From assembly GCF_000143415.4 (NCBI RefSeq), contig NW_003314291.1:469316-533315 (forward strand): 64,000 nucleotides of DNA. Reading direction: 5' to 3'. The stretch is from Selaginella moellendorffii (lineage: Eukaryota > Plantae > Lycopodiophyta). A program made the translations under genes and the position numbers. Below are positions 22,047 through 35,100 of this stretch, piece after piece. The first letter of the stretch is position 1; each line of letters opens with the position of its first letter. Below the pieces are notes generated by a model. It ran no database searches. It was not told the DNA's origin and saw only the letters and a list, made by a program, of their open reading frames with translations.

Positions 22047-24255
22047 TATCTTGGCAGTTTGGACATCTGCATCGCACATGAATAGGGAAGACAAGTGGTA
22101 CCTAAGCCTTCTCGACGTACTCGGAAAACCAGCCGAGGAAGATACTTCTTTTCTCCTGAAGGAAAAATCACTCAGTGGAGTAAGGGGTACGAGCTGAACG
22201 TATGGTTCGGCGAATACAAGACGTCGTTTATTCGGGATTGGCGCTAGAAGGTCTGGCTGCTGACTGGTGTTGACTAGCACAGGCTTTGTTGACTGTGTCC
22301 ATACACAAGCTGCAGCAGCTTTTTAACTGCCAGCGTGCACACGGCGAAGAGGCGAGCCTTGCCAACTCTCGTAAGGAGACCTTGCGCGAGACGGATCATA
22401 TACATGCACGAGTGGTTGCTTTTTCTGCAAAAGATTTTTCAGGACGGCGTTCAAGATGAGGACCATGTGATGGTCACTCCGCCTCTGAATGTGAGTGTGA
22501 TTTCGCATTTGATACTTGATTTATCTGACAAAGGGTGTTATGAGCAGCTGATCCTGGACGCGCTTGAGACACATTCAGGCATAGACAGATCCCTGAACGT
22601 TTTTCTGTGACATAACTGTATTCTCTCAACATTCTTCAGCTGGCCAAAGTGTGTAGAGCTCATATAGATTGCTACCTTACCCATGCCGTGGAGATGAAGT
22701 TAATAAGAATAAATAATATAATTAGATGTTATATGTATAAGAAATACATTCCCAAGGCAAGAAAATAATTCCTAATATTTTTTGTTAATATAAATGAAAA
22801 CTATAAATTCAAAATATTAGTGTTATGTAAAACTTATTTGTCCATATCATAACAATTTCTGTATAGACATAAGCCAGAGCCACCTTGGATAACCTCTTTA
22901 TCACTCAGACAATTCTTCTCCCACCATAGCTTCGCCTAAAACATGATGTGGCAGAGAAATAAGTGTAAATATTCTAGATCCTTATAATTCCCAGCACCAA
23001 TCCTCCCTGATTACGTCCTAATAACTTGTCTTTTCCCTCATTAAACATGGAGTTTAGTGCAATGTTCTTCTTCTCCTGCATTAGATTCTCATGATTCATT
23101 CGAGCACACTCTTTTGAGATCCAAGAAAATGTAAATTGCAAGGATTGACGGCTTGTGTATTTGATGGGTTTACACTCAAAACCTTGTGCGATTTTGCATT
23201 GCTAACAAAGTCCTCATGTTTAGTGATGGCCATATGGTTAACACTTACATACAGTCTCATGGGCATTTCTTTCTTTTATGTTTTTTCTCATATCTATACC
23301 AGAGCAAGTTGCTAGGGCATTCGAGGAGCACAAAAAAATGTTTGACATGAACAAAGGGTCTTTAAAAATTACCATATCTATAACAATAAGAAATTTTTTC
23401 CAAATGTTGTAGGTTGTTAAATTTGGCCAATCAGAGCTGTCAAAGGGGGTAACCCAGTAAATATCCTTTTTCTCACTAAATGTTCTTTTAAAATTTTTGA
23501 AAAATATTTGCAATGTTGGGCCAACTAATGGATATATGGCATACACTAGGAGGCAGGTACCCACCATATATAACACTACTCTAAAAGGCATTCCATAATT
23601 GCTAAAATATCACTCATGTTTAGTCTCCATTGTCAATGCAGGCATTTATACCAATCACTAGCTTGATCACTAGCTAGCTCAGCAACTCCATATCATCCTT
23701 TAAGCTTTTGTTGTAGAATGCTAACTCCTTGAAACAATCACACTCTATATAAAAGATTGTGTGATCCACCATCCCCGCTTAATGTTTAACTCCTAAGGTT
23801 TGTGATATATCAACACTACAAACACCACATCATAAAGATAGTGCTTTCATATTTACAAAGCATGAACAATGGATGCTTATATGTGAAATATTGTGGCTTT
23901 GCAAAATTCATAATCTAACTTTCATATGTAATAAATTATCCTTCTTACATATGAATTTCCCCCAATGCATAACCACTTCCTTCACAAGTCACCTTATAAA
24001 GTTTTGTTGGATCAACAATTGGAAGCATTGGAGCCTCGCTCAACAATATTTTAATACAAAAGTGGTTATTCTCTTAATACAGCTATTACATAAGAATGTG
24101 TCATTCAAGTGGAAGAAGCCATGTGAGGATAGTTTTGTGGTACATTTGCATTGGAAGCATTTATAGTTACTAGTCATACTAAGGAAATTACATAACTCAG
24201 CCACTAAAATTGGTGTAAGTTAATTTTCCACCACAACCACATTTTATAGATTTAT

Positions 24256-24570
24256 CTAGAAGTCATAATGTGGTCTAGAAATTCCATTTTTGACTGTGCA
24301 AATCTTTTTTGTGTGAAGTTTGTTGTCACATAGTAACAAAAGAACCTTGTGTAAAGGCATTTTATGCTCTTCTATATTCTTGCTAAAAACAAAACTATCA
24401 TTTAAGAAAATCTCTAGAAACTCATATAAATAATGCTTAAACACTTTTGTTATCTACTAAGTAAATATGGCTAATGCATTTGTTAAACTAAATGGTTTAA
24501 TTGTGAACTTAAAATGCCTAAAGCTTATGGTGAATGTTGTCTTGTCAACTTAATCCCCCAAGTCACGAAT
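24256..24570 (-). mobile_element. Degenerate Ty3/gypsy reverse transcriptase fragment
   Basis: KTTF...HFKF..PFSLTNA..F...FLEIFLNDSFVFSKNIEEHK..LHKVL (decayed YLDD region). Confidence 0.75.
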
Positions 24571-26826
24571 AAATAATAAATAACTCAAAAGTGTTTTTCC
24601 ATTGCGACAAACTCATTTCAAAGATGTAAAAAGAATATAATAATTGAATGCTAAATTCCCTTTCTAAACAACACATCTTGAACACCATTATACTTTAGTG
24701 AGATGTGCTTAATGCTCCATTTTATTTATAAATCCACCTTTCCCAACCATAACATCCTAAAAATGAAATCCACATAATGGATTTTGTAGCGTATGTGGTT
24801 TTTACCCTTTATCCTATGGTGATATACCATAGGATAACCATGAAGCAGAACCTAAACCCTCCACATGCCACATGTCATATGCCACATGTCCAAATGATAG
24901 TGGTGTAGAAACTAAGTTTTAGGGCTTTAAGCCATTGAACATGTGGCATGGTAGGTAGAGTGACTTGGAACATTTCTAGATCATTCAGCATTCCAATGCT
25001 AGAACTAGCACGCAAAATAGAGTCAAATAGAGTCTGGTGTTATTTCAGTATACCGGTGGCCTAATGCGAGGATATAGGTACTTCACCAATTAACATAATA
25101 TGGGATTTGGGCTTAAATCCAAGCCAAACATATAATAAAGATAAGCATGCAAGCAAGAGCTAGATTATGTCTCAAGTTGGTTGACTATGCCTAACCTACC
25201 ATTACCTCTACCATACATTTGGAACCCCTCATAACCCCCCCTGAAGAATATATACTTTGGGCTTTCACCTTTAGCCACGTTTAGTACCCTGGGACAAACT
25301 TGAAACTTATTAAATATGAAATGTCTCTAAATTGCAAATTTGGATATGGATGAACACCATTGTGTTTAAAACAATCTTTACATTCTATAGATATGCCAAA
25401 TGAGAAGATTTAGATACTTTTCATAAATAGCATTTAGAACTGGAATGAGACTAACATAAAGGGTATGATAGCGAGGGTGTTTAGTAGACATAGTAAGTTA
25501 TCATTCAGTGTTATTGAGGGACTAGTTTTAATACACAAGGGTTCTTATTAAGCCAGTGCAAGACAAAGCAAAAGAGAACTAACAAGCTGAACCAAGTATA
25601 TTTAACTAATAGGCACTTAGGAATTCCGTCCTTATGCTTGTTTGGTCAAGTACAAATGCTAAATCTAGTTTATTAACATTTGAACAAGAGGCACTGATAA
25701 AGGGTCTAACAATACTAACCTTTTGCCATCATGGTTGTAAGGAAAGAATATTTAAAAAGACTAGTTGATAAATAACTTTCGATACCCAAAGTCATACGCG
25801 ACACTCTCCCCTTCTTAGGGAAGATTGACATCTTTGTCGATGCATACTCTAGTTTAGACCACCGGCAAGGAAACAACTCTAGAAAAAGTTCACGGTGATC
25901 ACATTATATGAGAAATGCACCAACTTAAATGAGTTAAGGTAATATATTTGTTTAACGCGGATGCGCTACCAACTCAAACACCTTTCGACCGTCACTGACA
26001 AGGAAATGGCCAATGGAGTTAGTGACCCTTATGTGTCACTTAGCTTACAAAAGTGTGATATGTCCCTACCCATAAGAATATAGAGAGAGAAGCCACCCTT
26101 ATAAGCAAAGAAACCAAACATGTCAGTAATGTTTAGATAAACTATTGTAAACATGCAGGTAAAGTTGTTTATATGGTTATGCCATGTTTAATGGAATAAG
26201 GAACATCGATAGAGAATTAGGTGATGTAACCAATTGACATTAGCCACCTCATGACTAGAGATTTCACTATGCACATGAAGTGCCGAAGCCAGTCTGCCTA
26301 TACTGGCCCAAACTCAAAGATTAATAATTGGACAATATCAAAGTCATAGACAATGATATCTTGGAGTCTTAATTATTAGTGATTAAATCTTATATTAGAA
26401 TACAAAAGTATTCTAAGTAAGTTATCATCCGAGAAACCAATATTAGAGTATAGGAACCACCAAGATTGCTATCGTTGGAAAACATAAGATTCACCATCTA
26501 AAAAAATTCAATAGCAAATGTATTATCGAGAAAATTCAATGATAAAGTTTAATTACTAAAGATTGTAAACAGTATGCCAAACAACTTACAAAAGATAACT
26601 CAAAGAACACAAAATATCATTAACTGGTACGCAAAATGTTCACAAATATATCACCCAAAAGAAATAATATTCAATTTATTAGAATTAACCATAAGAATAA
26701 TCAATAGAACAAAATGAATATTGTAAGACCAACAAACATATGTTCATGTTAACTATCACATTAGCCATTCTAAATAGATTTAGATCAGCAATATGAAGGA
26801 ATTCAAGTTATTTAAGCAAATATTAG

Positions 26827-28397
26827 TGTAGCGCATCTTATCTTTCTCCCTTTAAACTAATTAGAAAAAGGGCAATTGCTTGATGACAGAGCCCTTAGTA
26901 GCTATTTTATCTCCATTTATCCCCCAAAGTTCCAAAGATCCACAGTGAGAGTATATCCAAATCTCATCCCATGATCATATGCGCTACACTTACCCCTTTT
27001 TTAGAGATGTCAATGTCCACATTAACTATTGACTAATAACCCCTACTGAGCCAAGGGGAACTAACACTTCCATTTCCGCACTAAATCTACTAATCCTTTT
27101 ATTGTGTAGACCAGCTATATGATCTACACTCACCCCCCTTTTAGAGATGTCAATGTCCTCATTGACTATTGATGAACAACCCCTACTGAGCCAAGGGGAA
27201 CCAATACCTCATTTTCACACTAAATCTACCAATCCTTCCATTGTGTAAATTAGCTATGTGATTTATAGTCACCCCCCTTTCAGAGATGTCAATGACCTCA
27301 TTGACTATTGACTAACAACCCCTACTTAGCCAACCCTTACTAAGCCATATGATTTATAGTCACCCCCCTTTCAGAGATGTCAATGACTTCATTGACTATT
27401 GACTAACAACCCCTACTTAGCCAACCCTTACTAAGCCAAGGGGAACCAACACCTCAATTTCCACACTAAATCTACCAATCCTTCCATTGTGTAGACAAGC
27501 TATGTGATCTACACTCACCCCCCTTTCAGAGATGTCAATATCTTTATTGACTATTGCCAAGGGGAACCAACACCTCCATTTCCGCACTAAATTTACCAAT
27601 CCTTCCATTGTGTAAACTAGCTATATGATTTACACTCACCCCCCTTTTAGAGATGTCAATGTCTTCATTGACTATTGATTAACAACCCCTACTAAGCCAA
27701 CCCCTACTGAGCTAAGGGGAACCAACACCTCCATTTCCGCACTAAATCTATCAATCCTTCCATTGTGTAGACCAACTATGTGATCTACACTCACCCCCCT
27801 TTCAGAGATGTCAATATCTTTATTGACTATTGCCAAGGGGAACCAACACCTCCATTTCCGCACTAAACTTGCCAATCCTTCCATTGTGTAAACTAGCTAT
27901 ATGATTTACACTCACCCCCCTTTTAAAGATGTCAATGTCTTCATTGACTATTGATTAACAACCCCTACTAAGCTAAGGGGAACCAACACCTCCACTAAAT
28001 TTACCAATCCTTCCATTGTAAGGCAATTAGTCATCCACCCATAACACAGTCCCATGGTGAATAGTTTTTCATCCGTGGATGCTCCACACAAGAGGAAGGA
28101 CGTACGCATGGATGCTCAATATGTACGATTTCAAATTTAGGGGTAGGACTATACCTTGCTCAAGGGTATATTATATTTTTTAAGTAGCTATGAATCAATG
28201 GGAATTGAACCCGTGCCATTTGCTCCGATACTAACTATAGCACACATTATCTCTTTCTCCTTAAACCAATTGGAAAAGGGGCAATGGCTTGATGAAAGAG
28301 CCTTTAGTGGCTATTTTATCCCCATTTATCCCCTAAGGTTCTAAGGATCCATGGTGATAGTATATTCAAATATCATCCCATGATCACATGTGCTACA
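26827..28397 (-). mobile_element. TRIM-like element with 162-bp LTRs and an internal tandem array
   Basis: TSD ATTAG on both sides; LTRs 26827-26988 and 28236-28397 with TGTAGC..GCTACA-type ends; decayed tRNA-Met PBS complement at about 28222-28233; PPT complement after the left LTR. Confidence 0.88.
26989..28020. repeat. Tandem array of about 8 imperfect units (about 120-150 bp) inside the TRIM
   Basis: Repeated cactcacccccctttcagagatgtcaat...ccaaggggaaccaacacctccatttccgcactaaat...ccttccattgtgta. Confidence 0.93.
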
Positions 28398-29183
28398 ATT
28401 AGTAATATTCTACCAACGTTTTAAACTTAAGAGACCAATTCAAGGCAAACCACAAAGACATATGGTATTGTGAAAAACCATAAGCCATTAAAGAGAACAA
28501 TTAACTATCATAAAAGACTATCAATCATCCCATCAATAAAAAAATGCATAATCATTGTCAAAAAAAGAATCCACCATCCTGAAGAATAACAAATCATTCT
28601 AAATCAATAATAATCAAACAAAACTTTTTGATAAGGATAATCAACTATCCTAGATGATAGTCAATCATCACTAATGATTATTAGATGCAAAAGCCAACTT
28701 CAATATCGAAGCTAATAAGCCAAAATGCTTTCCCCAACAATTTTAAGCAAATGGACCACAAGCATGAAAACTCAAAGAACCAAAAGTTTGAAGAAGTCTA
28801 TAGCCAAGTCTTGTTTAATAATAATCATGAGTCTTGCATGAATTAACTTCAATACTAAAGAAGAAATTATAGTACAACCCATAATATCCTTCTCAACACA
28901 TCCATAAATCAAACTTTATAATGCTAAAGCTAATGAAAAACATTTTTATATTAATCCAAAAGCCAAGCACAAAAGCTAACTCAACAAGTGATCACTAAAC
29001 GATCCTCCATGAATCCATTTATATAAAGATATAACTCACTTTATAACAAGCACAAAAAGAATCATCAATAATTAATATATCTTAACTCAAATCCAATAAG
29101 GGCTCAAACATTCCAATATTGATCATTAATTCTTCTTTTTGAAAAGCTAGCATAGTCTATGATTAAATCACTTTTCAAGGAAA

Positions 29184-32100
29184 AATTGACTGCATTTGAC
29201 AGCCTAGCCACTACCAGATGTGGCACGCAGTCTGCCTGGTATTCCACAGGCCACAAAGCCTCTTGTGGTCTCTATGAAGGATTGCCTAGCCAGGATTGCT
29301 GACCTGGCGCTGATCTGGGGCGAACAGGGGCATGTCAAGATTGGAAGGGGTGGTACCCCGTTGGATCTGGATCTAGGCGTTGTATATATATTCCATTGAA
29401 TAAAAGATGTAGATGGTTTTTCATGTAGTTAGCATGGTATCAGAGCTAAGGCTCTGAATCCTGGAACCAAGGATGGGAATTGTGCGATGGGCAAGCTGCG
29501 CTTGGAGACTGCACAAGCAGATGAAGAGTTTGAGGCTCATGTTCCGAGTGACCAATCAGTTGCTGGAGAAGAAGAAGGGGGAGCACTTGAAAGCTGTGGA
29601 GAGATTCATAGTAAGCCAGGGCTGGTATGTCCTAGATATTGTGAATGAAATGGCAAGCAATCACAAAGCTATTCCTATTCCTCTGTATAGTGGGCAAGAT
29701 TTCGAAAATTGGGTGAAGGAGATCAAATTCATCTTTTTGCGCAACAATTGCAATTAGTAGAGGGCAAAGAGAAAAAACCCTAACAAGATCTTGTAGATTG
29801 GGAAAAAAACAACAACAAAGCACTCTCTACCATAAGAATTGGCTTGGGCAAACTCCATCATCACCATTTGGATTTGTCCAAGAGTGTTGTAGAGAACTAA
29901 CAAGAACTCAACACAATTTTTAGAGTGCAGGGGGATCCCATAATGTCCAAGGTGCAATTGAAAGCAAACCTATTTGGATTAATGCTAGAGGCAGGAGAAA
30001 CTCTCACAAGCTTCATTGGAAGAATGAAGAGTCTAATTTCTAAATTGGAGAGCCTTGGTGAGACTATTGCAAACATAGACAAATAAGTTGTGATCATGAA
30101 AGTTCTTCGAAGGAGTGAGAAGCCAAAGTTGAAGGCTCTGAGACTAACCTTGTCTCAGATGTCTAGATTGAATTTCAAAAAGATTCAAGCTGCCGTGTTA
30201 AAAAAAGAGGACAGAAACGTACCAGAGAAGGTATCAGAATCCTCTTTAAGTGCAAACACATTGTATGTTCCAAGACCGGTTAAGCAGCAAGCCTCCTTCT
30301 CAATCCATGAGAAGTGAGGGGTGAGCTTTCTCTTGGAGTCCAAAGACTGGAGGAAGTGGCAATTACACATTTGTGTTTAAGGGTGATTGTAACTAGTGTG
30401 GCAGACTAGGCCGTGATTGTCGAGATCGCTTGGCAAGACGACCAAGAGTGAAGTGCAGGAAACAGAATTTCAAAGACAAGAGACCTTAGCAGCAGCAACA
30501 ACAAACACAAGATTCTATGCTAATGGCAGTCATAGAGCAAACTGCTGATGCAGACAATCTATGACTTGATTCTGGGGCTACAATGCATATGACGCCATTG
30601 AAGGATGTGCTTCAAAATTATGCTTCACTTGAACCAAGCATACAAGTGTTCATTGGTGATAGCAAATGATTGGTTGTGATTGGAGTGGGTAGCATGGTTG
30701 TTCAACTTCAATTTGGAGAACGTAAAAAAATTTGTGGAGTTCACCATGTGCCTGAGTGTCGCGAATGTGACTTCAGGTATCGAAAGTTACTTATCGGCTA
30801 GTCCTTACGGACACTCTTACCTTACTGCCACGATGGCAGGAGGTTGGTATTGCTGGGCCCGTTATTAGTCTCCGCCTAAGCTAGTTGAGAAACTGGTCTT
30901 CACGTGTGCATTTGACCAGATGGGCATAAGGACGGAATTCCTACGTGCTATTTGTCAAGCATACTTGACCTGGTTAGAGAAACTCATTCGTTGACTTGCA
31001 CTTGCTAGTGTTGGGAACCCCCGCGATATTGAGCTTGGTCCCTCAATATCGCTAGATGATAGCTTACCGTGTCTGCCAAACACCCTCGCTATCATGCCCT
31101 TTGTGTTAGTCTCATTTCGGTCCCAAATGCTATTTATGGAAAGTGTCCAGATTTGCTCATTTGGCATATCTACGGAATGTAGAGATTGTCCTGAACACAA
31201 TGGTGTTCATCCCGTGTCCAAATTCGCAATCTAAGGACATTCCATATTTAGTAAGTTTCGAGCTTGTCCCAGAGACTAACTCCTGATACTAAGGGAGGCT
31301 TGGGGTGAAAGCCCAAAGCGTGTGTTCCTCAAGGGGGGGGGGCTGTGGGGGGTTCCAAATGTATAGTAGGGATAGTGGGTAGGTCGGGCATGGCCGACCA
31401 ACCTGAGGCATAGTCTAGCTCCCGCTTGCGTGCCTGTCCTTGTTCTGCGTCCGGCTTGGGTCTATGCCCAAGTTCCATTCCATGCTAGTTGGTGGAGTGC
31501 CCATATCCTCACGTTAGGCCACCGGTATGCCGAAATAGCGCCAGACTCCATTTGGCTCCGTTTTGCGTGCTGGTCCTGGCATTGGGATGCTGGTTGCTCC
31601 AGGACTGTTCCAAGTCGCTCCGGGCCCCTGTCCCTTCGCTCCTTGGGCTTTATGCTCGGGAGTTGCTCCGTGGTTCGGTTCCGTCACTCCTTGGCTCCAT
31701 GCTTGGGAGTTTGGCACCGTTCCTTCGTTCAGTGGCCCAAGGCCTTGAACTTCGGGTTCCTATAACACGTGGCATGTGACACGTGGCATCTGTCACGTGG
31801 CACAAAGAGGGTTTAGGTTCCGCTTCGTGGTGTTATCCTATGGTAAATCACCATAGGATAAAGGGTCAAAACCACGTGTGCTACATTTGGTATCAGAGGA
31901 TGAGTCTCAGCAAGTACTATTCAATGAGATTGGGCAACTAGTCTCGTTGCATACGCAGAGATGAAAACGATGATCCGAGTGGGTACACGTTTGGTGCAAA
32001 GGGTTCACATTCGTTCCTTGGGTATGGTTTTGGTTACCTTTTGTACCATATTCTGTGAGCTTGAACTTGGGCTCACAAAAGGGATTGAGTTGTTCCGGTT

Positions 32101-35100
32101 ACACGAGTTTACGCTTGGGCTCGTGAGTGAGGCACATTAGCAATTCAAGGTTACATTTTGAGTTGGCAGGATTAATGTTAGCCTATCGGTGGTTCCATGA
32201 GTTGTTCCATGTACCATGGGTAAAAGCAAACCTTCCCTGAGTTTGCTATGAGTGGCAAATAGGCTGGTCCGTAGCTATTTAGCACGGCACTAGTAGATCC
32301 TTCCTAGGCATGATTACAAGTGGATCAATCAAGACTGTAGGGATTAGTCTATTGGTTCAAGTAATCATTGCCGTGCTCTCTTATAAACTTTTCTTGGATT
32401 GGACTGAAGGCAGTGTGAACGCAAGCTTGAAGTGTAGTCAAAGATGAGACCGAAAAGAGAGTCGTCGGGGACGAAGGATCAAACACGTAAATCATCTTCT
32501 CTTTTGGAGAGATGGTTTGCAACAAGGGGTGACTCATTGCTCGTGTTCACATCATGCAATCAAGAGTCCCTACCTTGATGCATCTTGGAGATGATGGTCT
32601 TACAAATGGTGAGTTATGGGATGGATAGCGGTGAAGCGCTAAACCATTTTGTCTAGGCTTGCTATTGAAAGACTTGGGTTGCAATGCTCAATTCTTTTCT
32701 GAGGAATCTTGCTATTGCTCCTTGAGTAGCTTGGTGTTAGATTAAGTTTTGAGTTTGGTCGGAAAGAGAGTGGCATAAGCTTGTCCATGTAGTGAACAAA
32801 AGTTAGTGATGTTGGGTGTTGTAAGTCTCTATCGGTGGAGTGTGGCATTTATGTTGCATTTTGTCAAATTGAGTTAGCACTTGATACTCACATAAACCTT
32901 TGAAGTAATAACATTGGCATTGCTCATGGTGTTGCTCAATTGATGATCAAGTCATTGTGATTTCTATATCATATCCATGTGATAATGAGCAATGTGTTTA
33001 CGAAGTTGCTTGGTTACGATGATCAACCCCAAAGTGGTTGATAGTGAAGCTAGTCTACTTGCACGAAGTAGCATTGTAGTAGCTTTGACTGAATTCTCGA
33101 TGGTGGTCCATTATGCTAAGCTTAAGTTGGTTCCTTATTTCATTGAGGGTTTGCCCATTAGGTGTTGGAAAAGGGTTGTAGCATTCACTTGCTATAGCTT
33201 GTCGGTTGATCCGTTAACACTTGGTGTAAATTGTTGGATGGAGAAAATGTGTAGTTGAGGCATTGACATCACTAACACTTGTGTTAGTGGAAGTGGCATT
33301 GTTGATTCGAGTGATGAGGAATTTTCCTTAGAGCTTGATTTTCCATGTCATTTTTCTTGTTAGTGTTTTAGCTTCACATTGGATCTTGAAGGTAGTTGAA
33401 GAAGAGTGTTAGTGCAATATGGATATCTGAAGATGTGGTCTTCGTGATCAAGCCTTGGATGTTCCATTTGCATTTTACGGATGTCGATGTTGGATGTTGA
33501 AAGAATGGGCAAAATAATGTTCGAGGCTTAAGCATACTATGGGTCTCGAGAATTTGTGTTGAGGTGAGCCTATGTGAAGTTGTTAAGTAGGAGGAAGTTG
33601 GTTGAGTTTTGAAAATTTGTATTCCTAGATTGAGAGTCATTCTTTCTCTAGGATTGGAAGATTTTCCACAAATTTTCTTAGACTTTTCCAATGGCTGATC
33701 TGTTGGTCACTTTGCTCGAAAACCATTCCGTTTTCGAAAGCCAATACAAACTAGTGAAGGGGTTGGAGTTGACTTCGGTTAGCTTAGACCGTAGTAGATA
33801 GTTTGTATGATGCGGCCTAAAAGGGATGCTAACTTTTGGGGCTAAGGCAATTGAGTTGGATAGAGTCTGGAGTTAATGTAGAAAAGTGGCCGTTGCACTT
33901 TTCTAGAAAAGTGACCCTTGTGCCTTTCTTTTGAAGCGTTATGCTTGGTGGCAGGTTGCACTTTGCATTTCGTTAGACTCTATGAGAGTAGTGAGCTCTC
34001 ACTGATCTTGACTTGGTCTTGGTGGCCCTGCACCTTGGCTAAGGATGGTGATGTTCAACTTAGTTGTTTAAGGTTGAGATGTTGGTACCCATACTATAGC
34101 TTTGTCTATGAGGAGGTTGTGTACCGAAATGATCCATCTCATGGTCTTCACCTTAGTTTCGACTAAGTGTTGGTCATGCATAGCTAGCCTCTTCAAGGCA
34201 TGCTCAGAACTAGTGACTAAATGCATTAGTGAGTTTATCGCGGTTGAGTTGGATTCAAGTGGTCATTTAGTTTGTGCTTACTGATGAACCTTTATCTCGT
34301 ATCTGGGGTATTACGTTCATGTTGAATAAGTATATAACTTGATGATATGAGTTTAGTGTTGGGTCTTGTGAAGGCAAGTTGAAGGGTGATTGTTAGTTGC
34401 TTTGCAACTAGTGATTGCTTGTAAACTTTGTTAAAGGCTTTTGACACTTGCTTCACAAGATGATGATTTAGCAGTGATGGGTTTGCTTTACCGGATGGTG
34501 TTGCGGAGGATCGTGTCGTTACACTTACGTGGGTTTTCCATGTTGGCATTTCGACTCTACCTCTGTCAATATCGTTTGGTTACGTTTGGTCCATAGTGTT
34601 GGGTTTCATGGAGTCTTGGATGTGGTGATTCACTCCTTGAGGAAGTGTTATCTGTAGCTGAGTATTGTTGAGGGATTGGTCTCAGATACTGAGTAAAGTA
34701 TCTTCGACCTTGGTTAGCTCGGTTGCTAGAGAGCTTTGAGTGGTGATACACTCATGCTTTCTTCTAGTTTTGTTCTAGTGTTGATAGCATTGAAGTGATG
34801 CCTTGTCATTGATATTATTGACGTTGAGATTCAAGTGAGATGAGATGTCTATCCTTAGGATTGATATTGCGTTTCATTAGTCGATGAAAATAGTGTTGAT
34901 AATTTGGCTATGGCTTTGTGTTACTGGCATTCGTGCATTTGCTAGTTAGCAATTGTATTGACGTTCAAACAAGCGGAATGGCAAGTTTGAGTTAGTTGTG
35001 TTCTAGACGAAGTTATTTAGTAGAGGGTTGAGCTTCAGCTTTTCCTTGAAAAGTGATTCAGTCATGGACTATGCTAGCTTTACGAGATGAAGAGTTAGTG

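Noticed and set aside
22800-24250. AT-rich region with decayed coding appearance
   Set aside because: Probably an old TE, but no family motif could be identified.
26989-28020. Repeat array as a CRISPR-like locus
   Set aside because: The units are contiguous tandem copies with no unique spacers, lie inside an LTR element in plant DNA, and no cas genes are present.
30955-31779. Short ORFs duplicated at 37049-37874
   Set aside because: They are duplicated only because they lie in the LTRs; no protein motifs.
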